Shown piece after piece: positions 17,924-28,149 of a DNA stretch of 64,000 nt. Numbering within the stretch: the first letter of the stretch is position 1; each line of letters opens with the position of its first letter. The translations under genes and the position numbers were made by a program. The stretch lies in IMG/VR virus record IMGVR_UViG_3300043607_000053. One strand, 5' to 3'. The notes beneath the pieces were generated by a model that was not told where the DNA came from, did not search any database, and worked only from the letters and a program-made list of their open reading frames with translations. The DNA is from a virus.

Positions 17924-17969
17924 AAAAACAGGTGCGTATTTAGGTGCAAAAACAGGTGCAAATAGGTGA
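17924..17969. repeat. AGGTGC direct repeats (par-type motif cluster)
   Basis: AGGTG at 17930, 17942, 17954, 17964; AAAAACAGGTGC at 17924 and 17948. Confidence 0.75.
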
Positions 17970-17989
17970 TGGATGAATTTAATTGTTCA

Positions 17990-18202
17990 TCAAATCTGAT
18001 TATCCGTGATTTTTTTTTGAGCAGTAGCAATGCACTCCATTTTATCAGGGCCGCTTGTTATAAGTGTACATTTTCTCCAGCCGTGGCCATCGATGCGGAT
18101 CTTTCCGGTTTTATCTTTTTCCAGGTAATCAGTAATATAAGTTACAACTTTTGAAGGAGTTGATAGTTCGTCGTCTTTCCAGATATAAAAAGTTATTGCC
18201 AT
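17990..18202 (-). CDS. Hypothetical protein
   Basis: Packed in the minus-strand operon. Confidence 0.6.
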   Translation of the reverse strand: MAITFYIWKDDELSTPSKVVTYITDYLEKDKTGKIRIDGHGWRKCTLITSGPDKMECIATAQKKITDNQI

Positions 18203-18210
18203 AATGCGTG

Positions 18211-18576
18211 CTATTTATTATGAAATATACGCAAAACTGGGTTCTCGATATAAGGGGTATCGGCAATACTTTGCTGGTAATCTATATATTCAACTAATTT
18301 GACACTATCAGCAGTAAAATTAATTACCTGTAATGCACCTGCCTTCGTAAAAATCAGGTAAGAGATCCCGGAATAATTGTACTTCTCGATGTTCACATTA
18401 CGGTATAAGCTATCAATAACCCGATTGTTAACCGATGTAAAATAGGCTTGCCTGTATTTGCTAACTAGAAACATGACAATAACGACCAGTATAGAGCTGC
18501 AAATAAGAAAACTGATTATCCGATGAGCAATATTTGTATTTGGCTCATCGGATTTTGGTAGCGGTTTTTTTTCCAT
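18211..18576 (-). CDS. Membrane-anchored hypothetical protein
   Basis: IISFLICSSILVVIVMFLV. Confidence 0.65.
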   Translation of the reverse strand: MEKKPLPKSDEPNTNIAHRIISFLICSSILVVIVMFLVSKYRQAYFTSVNNRVIDSLYRNVNIEKYNYSGISYLIFTKAGALQVINFTADSVKLVEYIDYQQSIADTPYIENPVLRIFHNK

Positions 18577-18579
18577 ATC

Positions 18580-18900
18580 TCACTTTATTTCTTTCCATTC
18601 TCCATTCATCCACAAAAACCTTCTAGGACCCATTGCGGGTGTTTGTTTTTCTTTCCACGCCTTCCCATTCCAAATCAGGATTTTCCTGTTCCTTACCATA
18701 GTTGATACGCCTGTTACCAGGCTGCTGGTTGTTTCGCCCAGTAATTGCCGGTTAGCGTAGTCTGGCAAGGAGGGCAATACAGACGATAAAATTGACCTGG
18801 CAAGGGAGCTGGTATCAGCCTCTATGGTAACGGGCTTTTCTGCATCGTCAAAATAGTAATGATAAAGTTGCCCGGGCATGGGTAAAATTGTGGAATACAA
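18580..18900 (-). CDS. Hypothetical protein
   Basis: Packed in the operon. Confidence 0.6.
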   Translation of the reverse strand: MYSTILPMPGQLYHYYFDDAEKPVTIEADTSSLARSILSSVLPSLPDYANRQLLGETTSSLVTGVSTMVRNRKILIWNGKAWKEKQTPAMGPRRFLWMNGEWKEIK

Positions 18901-19064
18901 AGCTACTGAAAACCAATGTACCTTTGGGGTGCCAACAAGCCGTTGGTCAGTGGTCTTGGCTCACCATAATCCGGAACTTTGAAAACAACCCCGTCGGTGC
19001 GGGGTTTTTTCTAAATTCTTTTACGATACCCTTAATCATCCTCACAATAATAAAACAAATTAGT

Positions 19065-19631
19065 ATGAGACTTCTTATTTGTATGTTCCTACTGGTGAAC
19101 CTGACAGCCCGTTCGCAACTTAGAGAAAATACATTCCTGCATCTTGATAAGCAGACTTGTTTATCAGGAGATACCATATACTACAAGGCATATATAATGG
19201 GTGACAAATGGAAGGGGCTATCTAATATCAGCACGAATTTGTATGTAGACCTTTTTGATTCAACATATATGTATGATCAATATATGTTTCCGATATTTGA
19301 CGGACAGTCAATAGGACAGGTGTTTATTCCTAAGAATATGCCTGGGGCTATATACTACATAAGAGCATATACTAACTTAGAGGCTTCCACAAAATATCCC
19401 GAAGACCTATCGATGATCCCTATTGTAGTTATAAATCCGAAAGATACTTTCAGATGGGTCATAAACTACGTTCCTCCGGTGGATAGGATAAAAGGCAACC
19501 CCTTGAAGGATGTCTTCGACACACTTTCTATGAGCAAAGAAGGTTATATGCAATGGCAACTCATAATGAGAATCACCGTTAGCCTTGACGCAATTATTAG
19601 GCTTCTAAACAAAAGATACTTCCTGAAATGA
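19065..19631 (+). CDS. Truncated host-like MG2 (macroglobulin) domain protein
   Basis: Signal peptide; ENTFLHLDKQTCLSGDTIYYKAY...NLYVDL...YYIRAYT. Confidence 0.6.
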   Translation: MRLLICMFLLVNLTARSQLRENTFLHLDKQTCLSGDTIYYKAYIMGDKWKGLSNISTNLYVDLFDSTYMYDQYMFPIFDGQSIGQVFIPKNMPGAIYYIRAYTNLEASTKYPEDLSMIPIVVINPKDTFRWVINYVPPVDRIKGNPLKDVFDTLSMSKEGYMQWQLIMRITVSLDAIIRLLNKRYFLK

Positions 19632-19749
19632 GAAATTCTTGGTTATTGTCCCATACGATACGAGAAATGGTAATGCTACCGCTGCAAGACAAGGAAACAG
19701 CCGACACATACCACACAGGAAGCATCTATATCAAACGAAGATCTGTATA

Positions 19750-20262
19750 TTACCGTTTTGCGAATCTCAATTCTCTCAATGCATGTTGTGTTTCAAAAGA
19801 TAGGACCTGAAAAATGTCCGGGCGTTCAACTACCGGTATCGATCCATAAAGATCCCTGATTAATAATTGAGCTTCTTCATTATCCCAGGTTTTCGCGATA
19901 TCAAAATGGTTTTTTCTTCCTTCATCTTCGGTCATGGAGTGAATGGAAAGCTGGCATTCCAATGGAGAAACTTCATGTATGCGGCACTTTTCATCGGAGG
20001 TTAAAAAAATGCACCTGCCTATGCTTTCAAAGATGGGCATAAGGGATCCGGGAGGCAAATGTACCGGACAGGGTGAAAGAATAAAATAATAGGTATGGTC
20101 TTCTCTATGCATATATTCAATGATCAAGAAATCATTGAATAGTTTTCGCACACTGATTTGTAATTTTGCCGCTATCTTTTGTTCGTCGCCATAGCGTAGC
20201 CATCCCGGTTTATGCTTGCAGGCATCACGACAATCTTGGCAATCGCAGGAAATTCGTTGCAT
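19750..20262 (-). CDS. YkgJ-family CxxCxxCC cluster protein
   Basis: CDCQDCRDAC...CIFL...CRIH...PLEC. Confidence 0.75.
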   Translation of the reverse strand: MQRISCDCQDCRDACKHKPGWLRYGDEQKIAAKLQISVRKLFNDFLIIEYMHREDHTYYFILSPCPVHLPPGSLMPIFESIGRCIFLTSDEKCRIHEVSPLECQLSIHSMTEDEGRKNHFDIAKTWDNEEAQLLIRDLYGSIPVVERPDIFQVLSFETQHALRELRFAKR

Positions 20263-20294
20263 ACACAGTGAATAATTTGGTCCTAAATTACAAC

Positions 20295-20322
20295 AAAACC
20301 ACCGGTGGACGTCCCGGTGGCT
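20295..20322 (-). terminator. Probable intrinsic terminator
   Basis: CCACCGG/CCGGTGG stem with TTTTGTT downstream on the minus strand. Confidence 0.45.
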
Positions 20323-20416
20323 TGAGATTAAGAATCATTGTTACCACTAACCCATTACCACCATCGCGCAGTTCTCCATTGCAAGGGGGCACATGAGAAA
20401 GTCTCTTTATGCTGAA

Positions 20417-20737
20417 TTAAGCACTCCTGTCATATAAATCCATTTCGGCTTCGGTAAACCAGGTATCGAATTGCTGAAGCATTTGTACCAAATTTCCGGG
20501 TAGCAGATTAAGCAGGTCAAATTTGCCGGCTACTTCAAGCCAGTAAGCTACATAGATAGTCGCCTGGAAAGATACTGGAAATGTGGAAAACACAGCAACA
20601 CGCTGGGCAGGATTTAAGTCATTAACCGTCAAAAGGACCCCTGCATCAAAAGTATGCTCACCAAACCATTGCAGGAAGATAGCGTATCTGTCCGGAAAGT
20701 CACGCTTAATACATCTCCATAATATGTCCGTCCTCAT
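20417..20737 (-). CDS. Hypothetical protein
   Basis: 106-aa ORF on the operon strand. Confidence 0.55.
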   Translation of the reverse strand: MRTDILWRCIKRDFPDRYAIFLQWFGEHTFDAGVLLTVNDLNPAQRVAVFSTFPVSFQATIYVAYWLEVAGKFDLLNLLPGNLVQMLQQFDTWFTEAEMDLYDRSA

Positions 20738-20861
20738 AATGACATTTTAAAGATAGTCAAAGCAAGCACGCAACAGCCGGAAGGTACCTGCATAAGACAA
20801 ATTTTTTTTAATAATGGACCAAAGATTGAATAATAAAAAATGGCGTCACCGGTTAGTCTCG

Positions 20862-21179
20862 CTATAATTGCTTTCTATATACTTCTCCAAATAATAGTCC
20901 GAGGTCGCCTTCTTCAAAATATTGCTCTGATAGCCGATTAACCTCTTTTACGCCTCCCTTTGGGAAATCGTTAGCTTCCATTGCCAGCAGGTAAAGTAAC
21001 GCTAAGGGGATTTCCAATGCCTCACAGATAATTATCAGCCTTTTTTTAGAATATGTAAACACCCGGCTTATCTCCATAGACGAAATGCCGGATGTTGAAA
21101 TGCCACACCGTTTCGATAACTCTTTCTGTGTTACACATTGTTGTTCCCTTACTCGCTTAATAGCTTTTCCAATATCCAT
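20862..21179 (-). CDS. XRE-family HTH regulator
   Basis: IGKAIKRVREQQCVTQKELSKRCGISTSGISSME. Confidence 0.8.
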   Translation of the reverse strand: MDIGKAIKRVREQQCVTQKELSKRCGISTSGISSMEISRVFTYSKKRLIIICEALEIPLALLYLLAMEANDFPKGGVKEVNRLSEQYFEEGDLGLLFGEVYRKQL

Positions 21180-21213
21180 AAACTATTAAATTTAATTACA
21201 AATTAAAAAATTA

Positions 21214-21567
21214 TTACAGGTATTTTGATTCGTGATGCCACGGCTTACTATATACTTTTTGGTCAAAGTCAGGAAGGGGCAGGCGCGTTTCAAATTTTCG
21301 TGTTTCGTGTACACATCGTTCGCATTGCCCGGTGCACCAGGCATTCGGGATCCCGACTTTATCAATAGGTTTTGCCTGGCCAGCCTCCCGGGTACCAGGA
21401 TCCACCGGTGCCTGATCCAGCTCCCAATCGGTAAGCCATGCATAATCATCCTTGTCGTTGTTATTCAATTGGATTCTCGGGCGCTTATCTTTCCCCCAGG
21501 CTTTGCTGCAATTTTCATCGCAGGCAACTTTTGTTCTTATACCATAGATCGAAACAATTTTCTCCAT
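21214..21567 (-). CDS. Cys-rich hypothetical phage protein
   Basis: CDENCSKAWG...WCTGQCERC. Confidence 0.65.
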   Translation of the reverse strand: MEKIVSIYGIRTKVACDENCSKAWGKDKRPRIQLNNNDKDDYAWLTDWELDQAPVDPGTREAGQAKPIDKVGIPNAWCTGQCERCVHETRKFETRLPLPDFDQKVYSKPWHHESKYL

Positions 21568-21585
21568 AAAGCAGTTTGTTTTTAG

Positions 21586-21909
21586 TTATTGGGATGATGC
21601 GGCTGTTGTTTTAATAAGTCCGGCTAAACGGTTAATCTCATTGAGCGCTTTAACGTTTACGCTGTAATGAATATATTTGGTACTACGCTTTGTTATAACC
21701 GCCCCCGCCCTGCGTAAGTCACTAAGAATTTGAGATGAAGTCGATTGCTCAATTCCGAAGTGTCGATGAATGTCACCTGCAATAATATCCGGGTTCTCTA
21801 AAATATGAAGCAATATTTTCTGCTTTAACTTATGATTTATAATGCGCAAAATCTTTTGCGCTTCACCCATGTTTGAAAAATTAATTCTTAGTGCTTGTTC
21901 AGTATTCAT
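21586..21909 (-). CDS. ArsR/SmtB-family wHTH regulator
   Basis: LRIINHKLKQKIL...IEQSTSSQILSDLRRAGAV. Confidence 0.8.
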   Translation of the reverse strand: MNTEQALRINFSNMGEAQKILRIINHKLKQKILLHILENPDIIAGDIHRHFGIEQSTSSQILSDLRRAGAVITKRSTKYIHYSVNVKALNEINRLAGLIKTTAASSQ

Positions 21910-21915
21910 TGGTAA

Positions 21916-22512
21916 TTAATTAAAGATATCTTGTTCTGTGCTTTGTGCTATTCGTGTAACATTTACAAGGGTTAACCCTCTTTTTTTTAATCGATTCAAT
22001 TGATCTTCCGTTTCTTTCCCGGTCACTACATATTCGATGCGGGAAGGCTTAAAGGCATGAAATATTCCGGGCGTAGCAATGACGTTATTGCCTGCTGTTT
22101 CTATAATGGCTTTCGGGTGTGCAAGAGCGATCCACGTCTCCCCTATCACAAAATCCTGCGGGATCCTTGCAATCCGTTTGCTTACTCCCATTATCATGGC
22201 TTCTTTGGTAAATTCATTCGTATTGGGATAAAATTTTGTGCCCACCCACATTAATCCCATTGGTATATTTTTGGGACTTAACGGGCATTGGTTACAGGCG
22301 CCCCCGCAATATTTATCAGCAAATAGCTTTGTAGTTATCCAGGTAAAACCTCTGGCCTGCTTTATTCCCATCCCGCAGGTTGGACATTTGCAAACAGGGA
22401 TCGGCAATTTATCACAGGCCCCGGCCAGGCCATCACTGACAAGATAGAGGCCACCCTTTTTGCGATACCCGCAATGCCGGGCATTTTCTTTTTTTTGTAT
22501 GATTTCTGGCAT
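21916..22512 (-). CDS. Cys-rich hypothetical phage protein
   Basis: RHCGYRKKGGLYLV, CPTC. Confidence 0.7.
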   Translation of the reverse strand: MPEIIQKKENARHCGYRKKGGLYLVSDGLAGACDKLPIPVCKCPTCGMGIKQARGFTWITTKLFADKYCGGACNQCPLSPKNIPMGLMWVGTKFYPNTNEFTKEAMIMGVSKRIARIPQDFVIGETWIALAHPKAIIETAGNNVIATPGIFHAFKPSRIEYVVTGKETEDQLNRLKKRGLTLVNVTRIAQSTEQDIFN

Positions 22513-22513
22513 G

Positions 22514-22747
22514 TTAAAGTATTATATACAATGGATAAGCGCTATCTACTGCGGCAGACGGTTTTCTGCATTCCTTCAATTCTTGTTTAAACTGATCATG
22601 CACAGTTTCCGGTTGACTTTCATCTATGGCAATACGGGCAATAAAGCAATGACAGGGAATACCTGACTTGGTATGGCCTTCCCAAACACGCGCCTCAACG
22701 CCATCGATCATTACAATCTTTGATGTGCTATGTAATTCTATCTGCAT
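22514..22747 (-). CDS. Hypothetical protein
   Basis: ARVWEGHTKSGIPCHCFI; packed. Confidence 0.65.
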   Translation of the reverse strand: MQIELHSTSKIVMIDGVEARVWEGHTKSGIPCHCFIARIAIDESQPETVHDQFKQELKECRKPSAAVDSAYPLYIIL

Positions 22748-23126
22748 TAGATTTTTTTTTCTTTCTCCATTCAGTCATACAGGTATGAATAAATGCTGTG
22801 ATATCTTCCAGTTGGGTAGTGGTTAATACAGTATGCGGATTTGGATAAAAACAATAAGACAAGGCTATCGTGTCCCATTTAATGATACCTATCATGTAGG
22901 CAATATCTTTAGTCAGCACATTGTAGAGGTCTGTGGTACAATTAGCCGGTCTGACTACCGGATCAAAGGTTAACCAGGTGCTATCTGTAAATGTTTTGAT
23001 CTCTGCTAAGATCTGATCAGCTTTTTTTGTAGCGATCGCTGTCAATTCCTGTTTGGAAGGTAAAATCGGAATCAGCGTTTTTGGTGATCCCAGCAGGATC
23101 TCGATAATTCTTTTTTTAGATATCAT
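22728..23126 (-). CDS. Hypothetical protein
   Basis: Overlapping operon gene. Confidence 0.6.
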   Translation of the reverse strand: MISKKRIIEILLGSPKTLIPILPSKQELTAIATKKADQILAEIKTFTDSTWLTFDPVVRPANCTTDLYNVLTKDIAYMIGIIKWDTIALSYCFYPNPHTVLTTTQLEDITAFIHTCMTEWRKKKKSNADRIT

Positions 23127-23127
23127 A

Positions 23128-23379
23128 TTATCTGGTTATTAAATCCTCAATCTTTTTAAGATTTTTCGGTGTATATTTTTTAGTGATAATGACATAATCA
23201 CTACCAGTTCCGTTTTGTGTATCGCCTACTTTATTTGTTGGCTCTGTACCATATACCGTTATTACACCCCAATCTATTATTATATGAAGACCTTTGATCA
23301 ACGGATGTTTAAAGTTTTTACGGTAATGCAAAGTCTTCTTATCATTTTTGTCTGAGAATGTCCTTTTAAACCCTTTCAT
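23128..23379 (-). CDS. Hypothetical protein
   Basis: Internal ATG 23379 (MKGFKRTF) preferred. Confidence 0.5.
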   Translation of the reverse strand: MKGFKRTFSDKNDKKTLHYRKNFKHPLIKGLHIIIDWGVITVYGTEPTNKVGDTQNGTGSDYVIITKKYTPKNLKKIEDLITR

Positions 23380-23455
23380 TCGTACATTTTTAAAAAAGGG
23401 AGAAAGTAGAAACAATCCCCCGTAGTGGTCTTGGCCACTCCACATGAGAAAATAG

Positions 23456-23785
23456 TTAATTCAACATCATGACCAGCTCGATCTTATCACCGCGTTGTTG
23501 AATAGTAAAACTTTTGATAGGCACCCTGATACAATTAGCGCCGCCTATGGTGCCAGGATCCTGTTGCCGGGAAGAAGGACCGGTGGCAGTAGGTTTAACC
23601 ATAGGCCCATTTTTTCTAAGCCGTGCTATCTTGCTGTTAAGCGTACCTGGTTTTATCTTCCACTGTTTTGAAAAGTCCTTGATAATTTGTTTCAGCGATG
23701 GAGCATTGGGATCATTAACTGCATCCAGTAACTCCTGTTCTTCTTCTGCTGTGTAAACATGCCGGGCGTTTTTTCTTGTAGCCAT
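23456..23785 (-). CDS. Hypothetical protein, possible HTH
   Basis: YTAEEEQELL...LKQIIKDFSKQWKIKPGTLNSKI. Confidence 0.6.
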   Translation of the reverse strand: MATRKNARHVYTAEEEQELLDAVNDPNAPSLKQIIKDFSKQWKIKPGTLNSKIARLRKNGPMVKPTATGPSSRQQDPGTIGGANCIRVPIKSFTIQQRGDKIELVMMLN

Positions 23786-23815
23786 TGTTGAATTGTTTGG
23801 TTTATAAATGGGAAA

Positions 23816-24160
23816 TTAAGACGTAGTTTCAATAGTATCGGCTTTAATAGTGCCGGCGCTATTTCTTTGCTCTTCAAACCACACAAGCATTATATTCATC
23901 AATTTATCACTTGCTAGTGGATATAAATTGGTAGCACGTTCGATTCTCTCCAGCCACATATAAAATGTACCTGCCTGGAAGGGTTCGGGCCAGCTCTCAA
24001 ACTCTGTCAGCCGCTCCGGGGGTGTTTTTTTTGAATAAAGTAATTTCAATGGACCCTTAATGCCGTCTAGCGGCATAGTCAATATGTATTCCTGAAACTG
24101 CTTATAATCTTCGGCAAATTCATGGCCGGTAATTCTTTCCCAATATTCACTTTTTTCCAT
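23816..24160 (-). CDS. Hypothetical protein
   Basis: 114-aa ORF in the operon. Confidence 0.6.
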   Translation of the reverse strand: MEKSEYWERITGHEFAEDYKQFQEYILTMPLDGIKGPLKLLYSKKTPPERLTEFESWPEPFQAGTFYMWLERIERATNLYPLASDKLMNIMLVWFEEQRNSAGTIKADTIETTS

Positions 24161-24186
24161 AATGCTGAATTGTAATTATTAAAAGA

Positions 24187-24663
24187 CTATTTTTTCGCAC
24201 CAAAAACACACCAGGTTAAATATGCTTTGCCATTATCGTCAAGTTTATGGAAAAGACGTTGTACCTGCTTAGACGTGATCCCGGAAGGCTTTGTTTTGCC
24301 GGTTGCAGCCTTACAAAGCAGGTCCTTATATTTCCCTCCAAATGGGTTTTCGGTAAATTCTCTGCTGTCCCAATTCCAACAAAAAAGGAAGAACCTATGC
24401 AGCACGGTTGAAAGATAAAAATCTTCTTCATTATCCTCTTCCAACACATATTTTATAAAAAGTCTTTGATGGTCATTATCCATATTTAGATAAACGTCTG
24501 CAAAATCCTTATCCTTTCCTATCCATTTTCTATATAGATAGTCGTCGGCCAAATGTTTTTCTGTGAATTTCCCAAAGCTGGCAGCTTTCAAGTGCAATAC
24601 TTTTTGTATCGTAATAGAAAGGAAGTCGGTTATTTCCTTAATGGTTTCCGGTTTTTTATACAT
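24187..24663 (-). CDS. Hypothetical protein
   Basis: 158-aa ORF in the operon. Confidence 0.65.
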   Translation of the reverse strand: MYKKPETIKEITDFLSITIQKVLHLKAASFGKFTEKHLADDYLYRKWIGKDKDFADVYLNMDNDHQRLFIKYVLEEDNEEDFYLSTVLHRFFLFCWNWDSREFTENPFGGKYKDLLCKAATGKTKPSGITSKQVQRLFHKLDDNGKAYLTWCVFGAKK

Positions 24664-24665
24664 AC

Positions 24666-25187
24666 CTAAAGGGTTAAAGCAAAAAAAGCAGATACGCTAT
24701 AAAAGCCAAGCCGCTTATCAAATGTTTTTGCAAACTCAATTCTTACATCATGTTTTGCATGTCCAGTAAATTTAATCATGTGAGCATAGGAAATGCCGGC
24801 AGCAGGCATGAACGTCAGTATTTCTTTTATAGGGTCGGGGTTGCCCGGGGCATTATCGAGAAAGGTCTTATACTCGCCAAAGACCATGAAAGGATTACGC
24901 ACGCTTTTTACCGGGATCACATACAGCCGAATACCCGCTTCCCCAACCAGCGTTCGATATTTAAGACCAGGATGCCCCATAGTCCAGCTATGTACAATAA
25001 CACTCAAAAACCAGTTTGGAATAACCCCGGTACCTCCTATTTCGATATTAACGCAAGGCCGGCCATTGTAACCGACACCGCCAGCCACGTAGAATTTGAT
25101 GTCGCCATAGTCGTCAAGGATGCCCCGCTCCTGTGCGTGACTTTTGATAGCTATAAAAACAAAAATGAGCACAAATATTTTTTTCAT
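24666..25187 (-). CDS. Secreted protein, possible small outer-membrane beta-barrel
   Basis: ATG 25187 MKKIFVLIFVFIAIKSHAQ; alternating aromatic strands. Confidence 0.55.
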   Translation of the reverse strand: MKKIFVLIFVFIAIKSHAQERGILDDYGDIKFYVAGGVGYNGRPCVNIEIGGTGVIPNWFLSVIVHSWTMGHPGLKYRTLVGEAGIRLYVIPVKSVRNPFMVFGEYKTFLDNAPGNPDPIKEILTFMPAAGISYAHMIKFTGHAKHDVRIEFAKTFDKRLGFYSVSAFFALTL

Positions 25188-25194
25188 ATAGTAG

Positions 25195-25572
25195 TTATTT
25201 TTTTCCCGGAACATATTCAGATGGGTAATAAGAATCGTTTGGAATATAAAAGGTTTCATAATAATCGTATAGGGAACAACCTGCATCCCGGTAGAGCTTG
25301 CGGTATATTTCAGAATTTTTGTTATGCCCCTGTTTAATCATTGCATCCAGCATTTCTTCAAAGCTGATTCCTCCTTCAGCTTGCATTAATAAAATTACTG
25401 GAGGGTGTTTTTCCCAGTACAGATGATTACTGTCCGCGTACCTAACAACCCGGTGCCGTACATGCGGCTCGGTCTTAAAAATTTCACCGAATCGGGTATC
25501 GGTAATTTCTTCTCGGGGCACAATGATAGCGCCGGGCGCAACAATAGAGGAAGGCATTTGTAGAATTGACAT
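25195..25572 (-). CDS. Hypothetical protein
   Basis: Abuts both neighbours. Confidence 0.55.
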   Translation of the reverse strand: MSILQMPSSIVAPGAIIVPREEITDTRFGEIFKTEPHVRHRVVRYADSNHLYWEKHPPVILLMQAEGGISFEEMLDAMIKQGHNKNSEIYRKLYRDAGCSLYDYYETFYIPNDSYYPSEYVPGKK

Positions 25573-25581
25573 AAGAAAAGT

Positions 25582-26274
25582 TTAATGAACGATAAGTGTT
25601 GTATCGTGATCACAGTATATGTCAAAATACAGTCGTTTAATTTCAATAGTTGTATCCTGATTATACATTATGCTGGCAAAGTGATTACCACCATAGATCC
25701 TTTTTGTTTGGCTGGTACCTACCGGAATAGATGAGAAAAAAGTTTCTCCGAAAGATAATTCATCGATAAGCGCCCGGATAGGAAGTGTATCGCGGTTGGT
25801 AATAGTTAAATTGGCAGAGGAATATAAATACGTAAACCAGCGATTGTATTTATAGGGATCAAGTCGAAAAATGACACTATGGTTATTAAAATTAGAAAGG
25901 CATCCTTTTTCACATCGATACGTGTAAATGAGCGGCTCTAAATTTCGGAAAGTCGCAATACCGGTTGAATCGCTCCAGGTGCTATCGACAGGTATATCAG
26001 CATTATAGTCGGATTCATTTTTGTATAAGAGCACTTTTGCATTCGGCACCAGCGCCCCTCTATGTGTGCCATCTTGCACTTTAAGTTGAAGGACCGGGTG
26101 ATAATCTTCAAAATCATGGACAGCTTGTGGATCGATCAGTTCATATTTACAGGAGAAAATCATCAATACCGCTATGATCAATGCGGCAATCCATAACCAC
26201 GGGCCTCCGTTGTCATTTTCCGGTTTGGGATGACAGTCCATGTACTCTTCGATTGGGTCACGTTGTGGGGTCAT
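25582..26274 (-). CDS. Membrane/lipoprotein with a carboxypeptidase-regulatory-like Ig domain
   Basis: TM ending IFSC; VPNAKVLLYKNESDY...SDSTGIATFRNL. Confidence 0.65.
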   Translation of the reverse strand: MTPQRDPIEEYMDCHPKPENDNGGPWLWIAALIIAVLMIFSCKYELIDPQAVHDFEDYHPVLQLKVQDGTHRGALVPNAKVLLYKNESDYNADIPVDSTWSDSTGIATFRNLEPLIYTYRCEKGCLSNFNNHSVIFRLDPYKYNRWFTYLYSSANLTITNRDTLPIRALIDELSFGETFFSSIPVGTSQTKRIYGGNHFASIMYNQDTTIEIKRLYFDIYCDHDTTLIVH

Positions 26275-27033
26275 AATAAGGTTGTTTAATATTTAAAAAA
26301 TGGAAAGGCGGGTTTCTGACAGCGCCGCCCTTCCCTATTGATGATCCTTTCCCTTAACACTTCAAATGGCCTTGCACACAATGTGTGATTTTAATAAGGC
26401 CATCAAACATGAAGCACAACCGGGATATCCTGTTCCCAATTAAGAAACATACATTAAAGCCTTTCGGATAATAAAGCCGGTCATGTAAAAGCGGTAAAGG
26501 GCATGGAGGATTTACCAGGATTGAATTGCCTGGTGCTGTAATACTATGGTCACATGCGAATAACAGGAAAGGCTTTGTCATGTGCTTAATACTGAATCAG
26601 GGTGATGCTAAATTAACCAGGGAGCGTTATATTGGCAAATTTATCGATAGGAAAAAACACTTAAATGTAAAAAGTCTTTCAGCGAAAGTGCTTATGCGTT
26701 GTAATTCAATCGCATACGGAGGTTTATAATATGTAAACACGTTTTTTTTGGTGACAAAACTGGGGTTATTCACATATTGCTGTGTAAATCTAAATGTTAT
26801 GGTTGTGTTTAAAGGGAGGTTTTTTTGATACTTTCACGCTTAGAATTTACGCAAAGTTCCAAAATCAAGTGTTATGTCAGCCAGTTCGCCGGAATTACAG
26901 AAATGTAATTTTCAAGATTCCCCAATTTATAGTAAACGGCATTTTGTTGCAAAAAAGCTGGCTGCAGTCATCTTTATGTCCCTTTTTGGAAAGATAGCTG
27001 GAACCATTTTTTTTAATAACAGTACGCCGTTTT

Positions 27034-28023
27034 ATGTCTGGTAAAATTCGGCACATAAAACGAAAATACCCGGAATGGATCCCGGTGCTGATGGGCAGTC
27101 CTATGGAGCTGGTCAATCACCGTGAATTGATCAAAAAATATGAAGTCAACCGGGATATAAAATACTGGGCTACCTGGTACCTGCTAAAATCGCTTTCTGT
27201 TCCTTCCCAATTACAACACTGGACCAAGCAAAAAAAGTATCTCCTTACTTTTTTACAAATGAATGAAGGAACATTCCGATCTCACCTGCGCTGGCTGAAA
27301 GAAAATAAATTATTGACTATTGAAAAAGTGACATGGACCATAAAACTTGTCTCTTATGAAGATGCTGCGCAGATACAAGGCATTTCTTACGAAGGCACAT
27401 ACAAAATAAATTATCATTATGAAAAAAGACACACGCGACCGGGCGCCGGCGCAATAGTACCGAAACAGTCCTTTCAATATCTTCTTCGCGCAGAAGAGAT
27501 TGAAAGAAGGAAAGAGATATCCCTTGCAGGGCTTATACGAAAACTGGACAAAAATCAACAATTCAGGAATGACATTTTTTTTATACTGAATAAATATGGC
27601 TGCGACATGGCCCGGATCCATACGGACCCGGAATATTTGCAGCAACGTTTGTTGCAGGTACAATTAGAATGCTTCAGGGAGGGATCAGAAATCCTAGATT
27701 TCGTATTTACCCACAGGGCTGATATCAACCGTGGTGTTAAGAAGATAAAAGAGCATCATGGATATAAAAGCGCCCAATCGGTAACATACATGAAACGCAA
27801 GCTGTTTTTCCTGGGCTTTATAGACGTCACTAAGATTTGCATAACAAGCAAAGTCAGAAGCCGTCTATATATTCCTGACGATGAAAAAGGCGGTATGCGT
27901 GAGGGTTATAAATGGCTTCTAAAGGATAAGGCAACCGCTTTATTTCTCACGGATCAGATTACAGCCCGCTATTCAACTGATTTGGAAACATCGATATCAC
28001 AAAACATAAAAATGACCGCATGA
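27034..28023 (+). CDS. Candidate replication initiator (wHTH-containing)
   Basis: Basic; MNEGTFRSHLRWLKENKLL and HGYKSAQSVTYMKRKLFFLGFI HTH-like segments; first gene of the + arm after a long intergenic region. Confidence 0.4.
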   Translation: MSGKIRHIKRKYPEWIPVLMGSPMELVNHRELIKKYEVNRDIKYWATWYLLKSLSVPSQLQHWTKQKKYLLTFLQMNEGTFRSHLRWLKENKLLTIEKVTWTIKLVSYEDAAQIQGISYEGTYKINYHYEKRHTRPGAGAIVPKQSFQYLLRAEEIERRKEISLAGLIRKLDKNQQFRNDIFFILNKYGCDMARIHTDPEYLQQRLLQVQLECFREGSEILDFVFTHRADINRGVKKIKEHHGYKSAQSVTYMKRKLFFLGFIDVTKICITSKVRSRLYIPDDEKGGMREGYKWLLKDKATALFLTDQITARYSTDLETSISQNIKMTA

Positions 28024-28094
28024 TTTTTTTAAAAAGCCGTAAAATTCAAAGAATGTTACCTACGGCAGCGGTATCTAACCACTATGTAAGACAT

Positions 28095-28149
28095 TATTCT
28101 GAGTATTCTGTATTCTGAGTAGTAATCATAGTACCTAAATACTCTGAGT
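28095..28149 (+). repeat. Three TAYTCTGAGT repeats (iteron-like)
   Basis: Copies at 28095, 28111, 28140, downstream of the candidate rep. Confidence 0.45.

Noticed and set aside
24750-25337. 195-aa + strand ORF and other long antisense ORFs (e.g. 1549-2064, 36953-37474, 13203-13490)
   Set aside because: They are shadows of better-supported genes on the opposite strand and have no recognisable motifs.
26354-26729. Short ORFs in the divergent intergenic region
   Set aside because: They conflict with each other and show no motifs; treated as regulatory or origin DNA.
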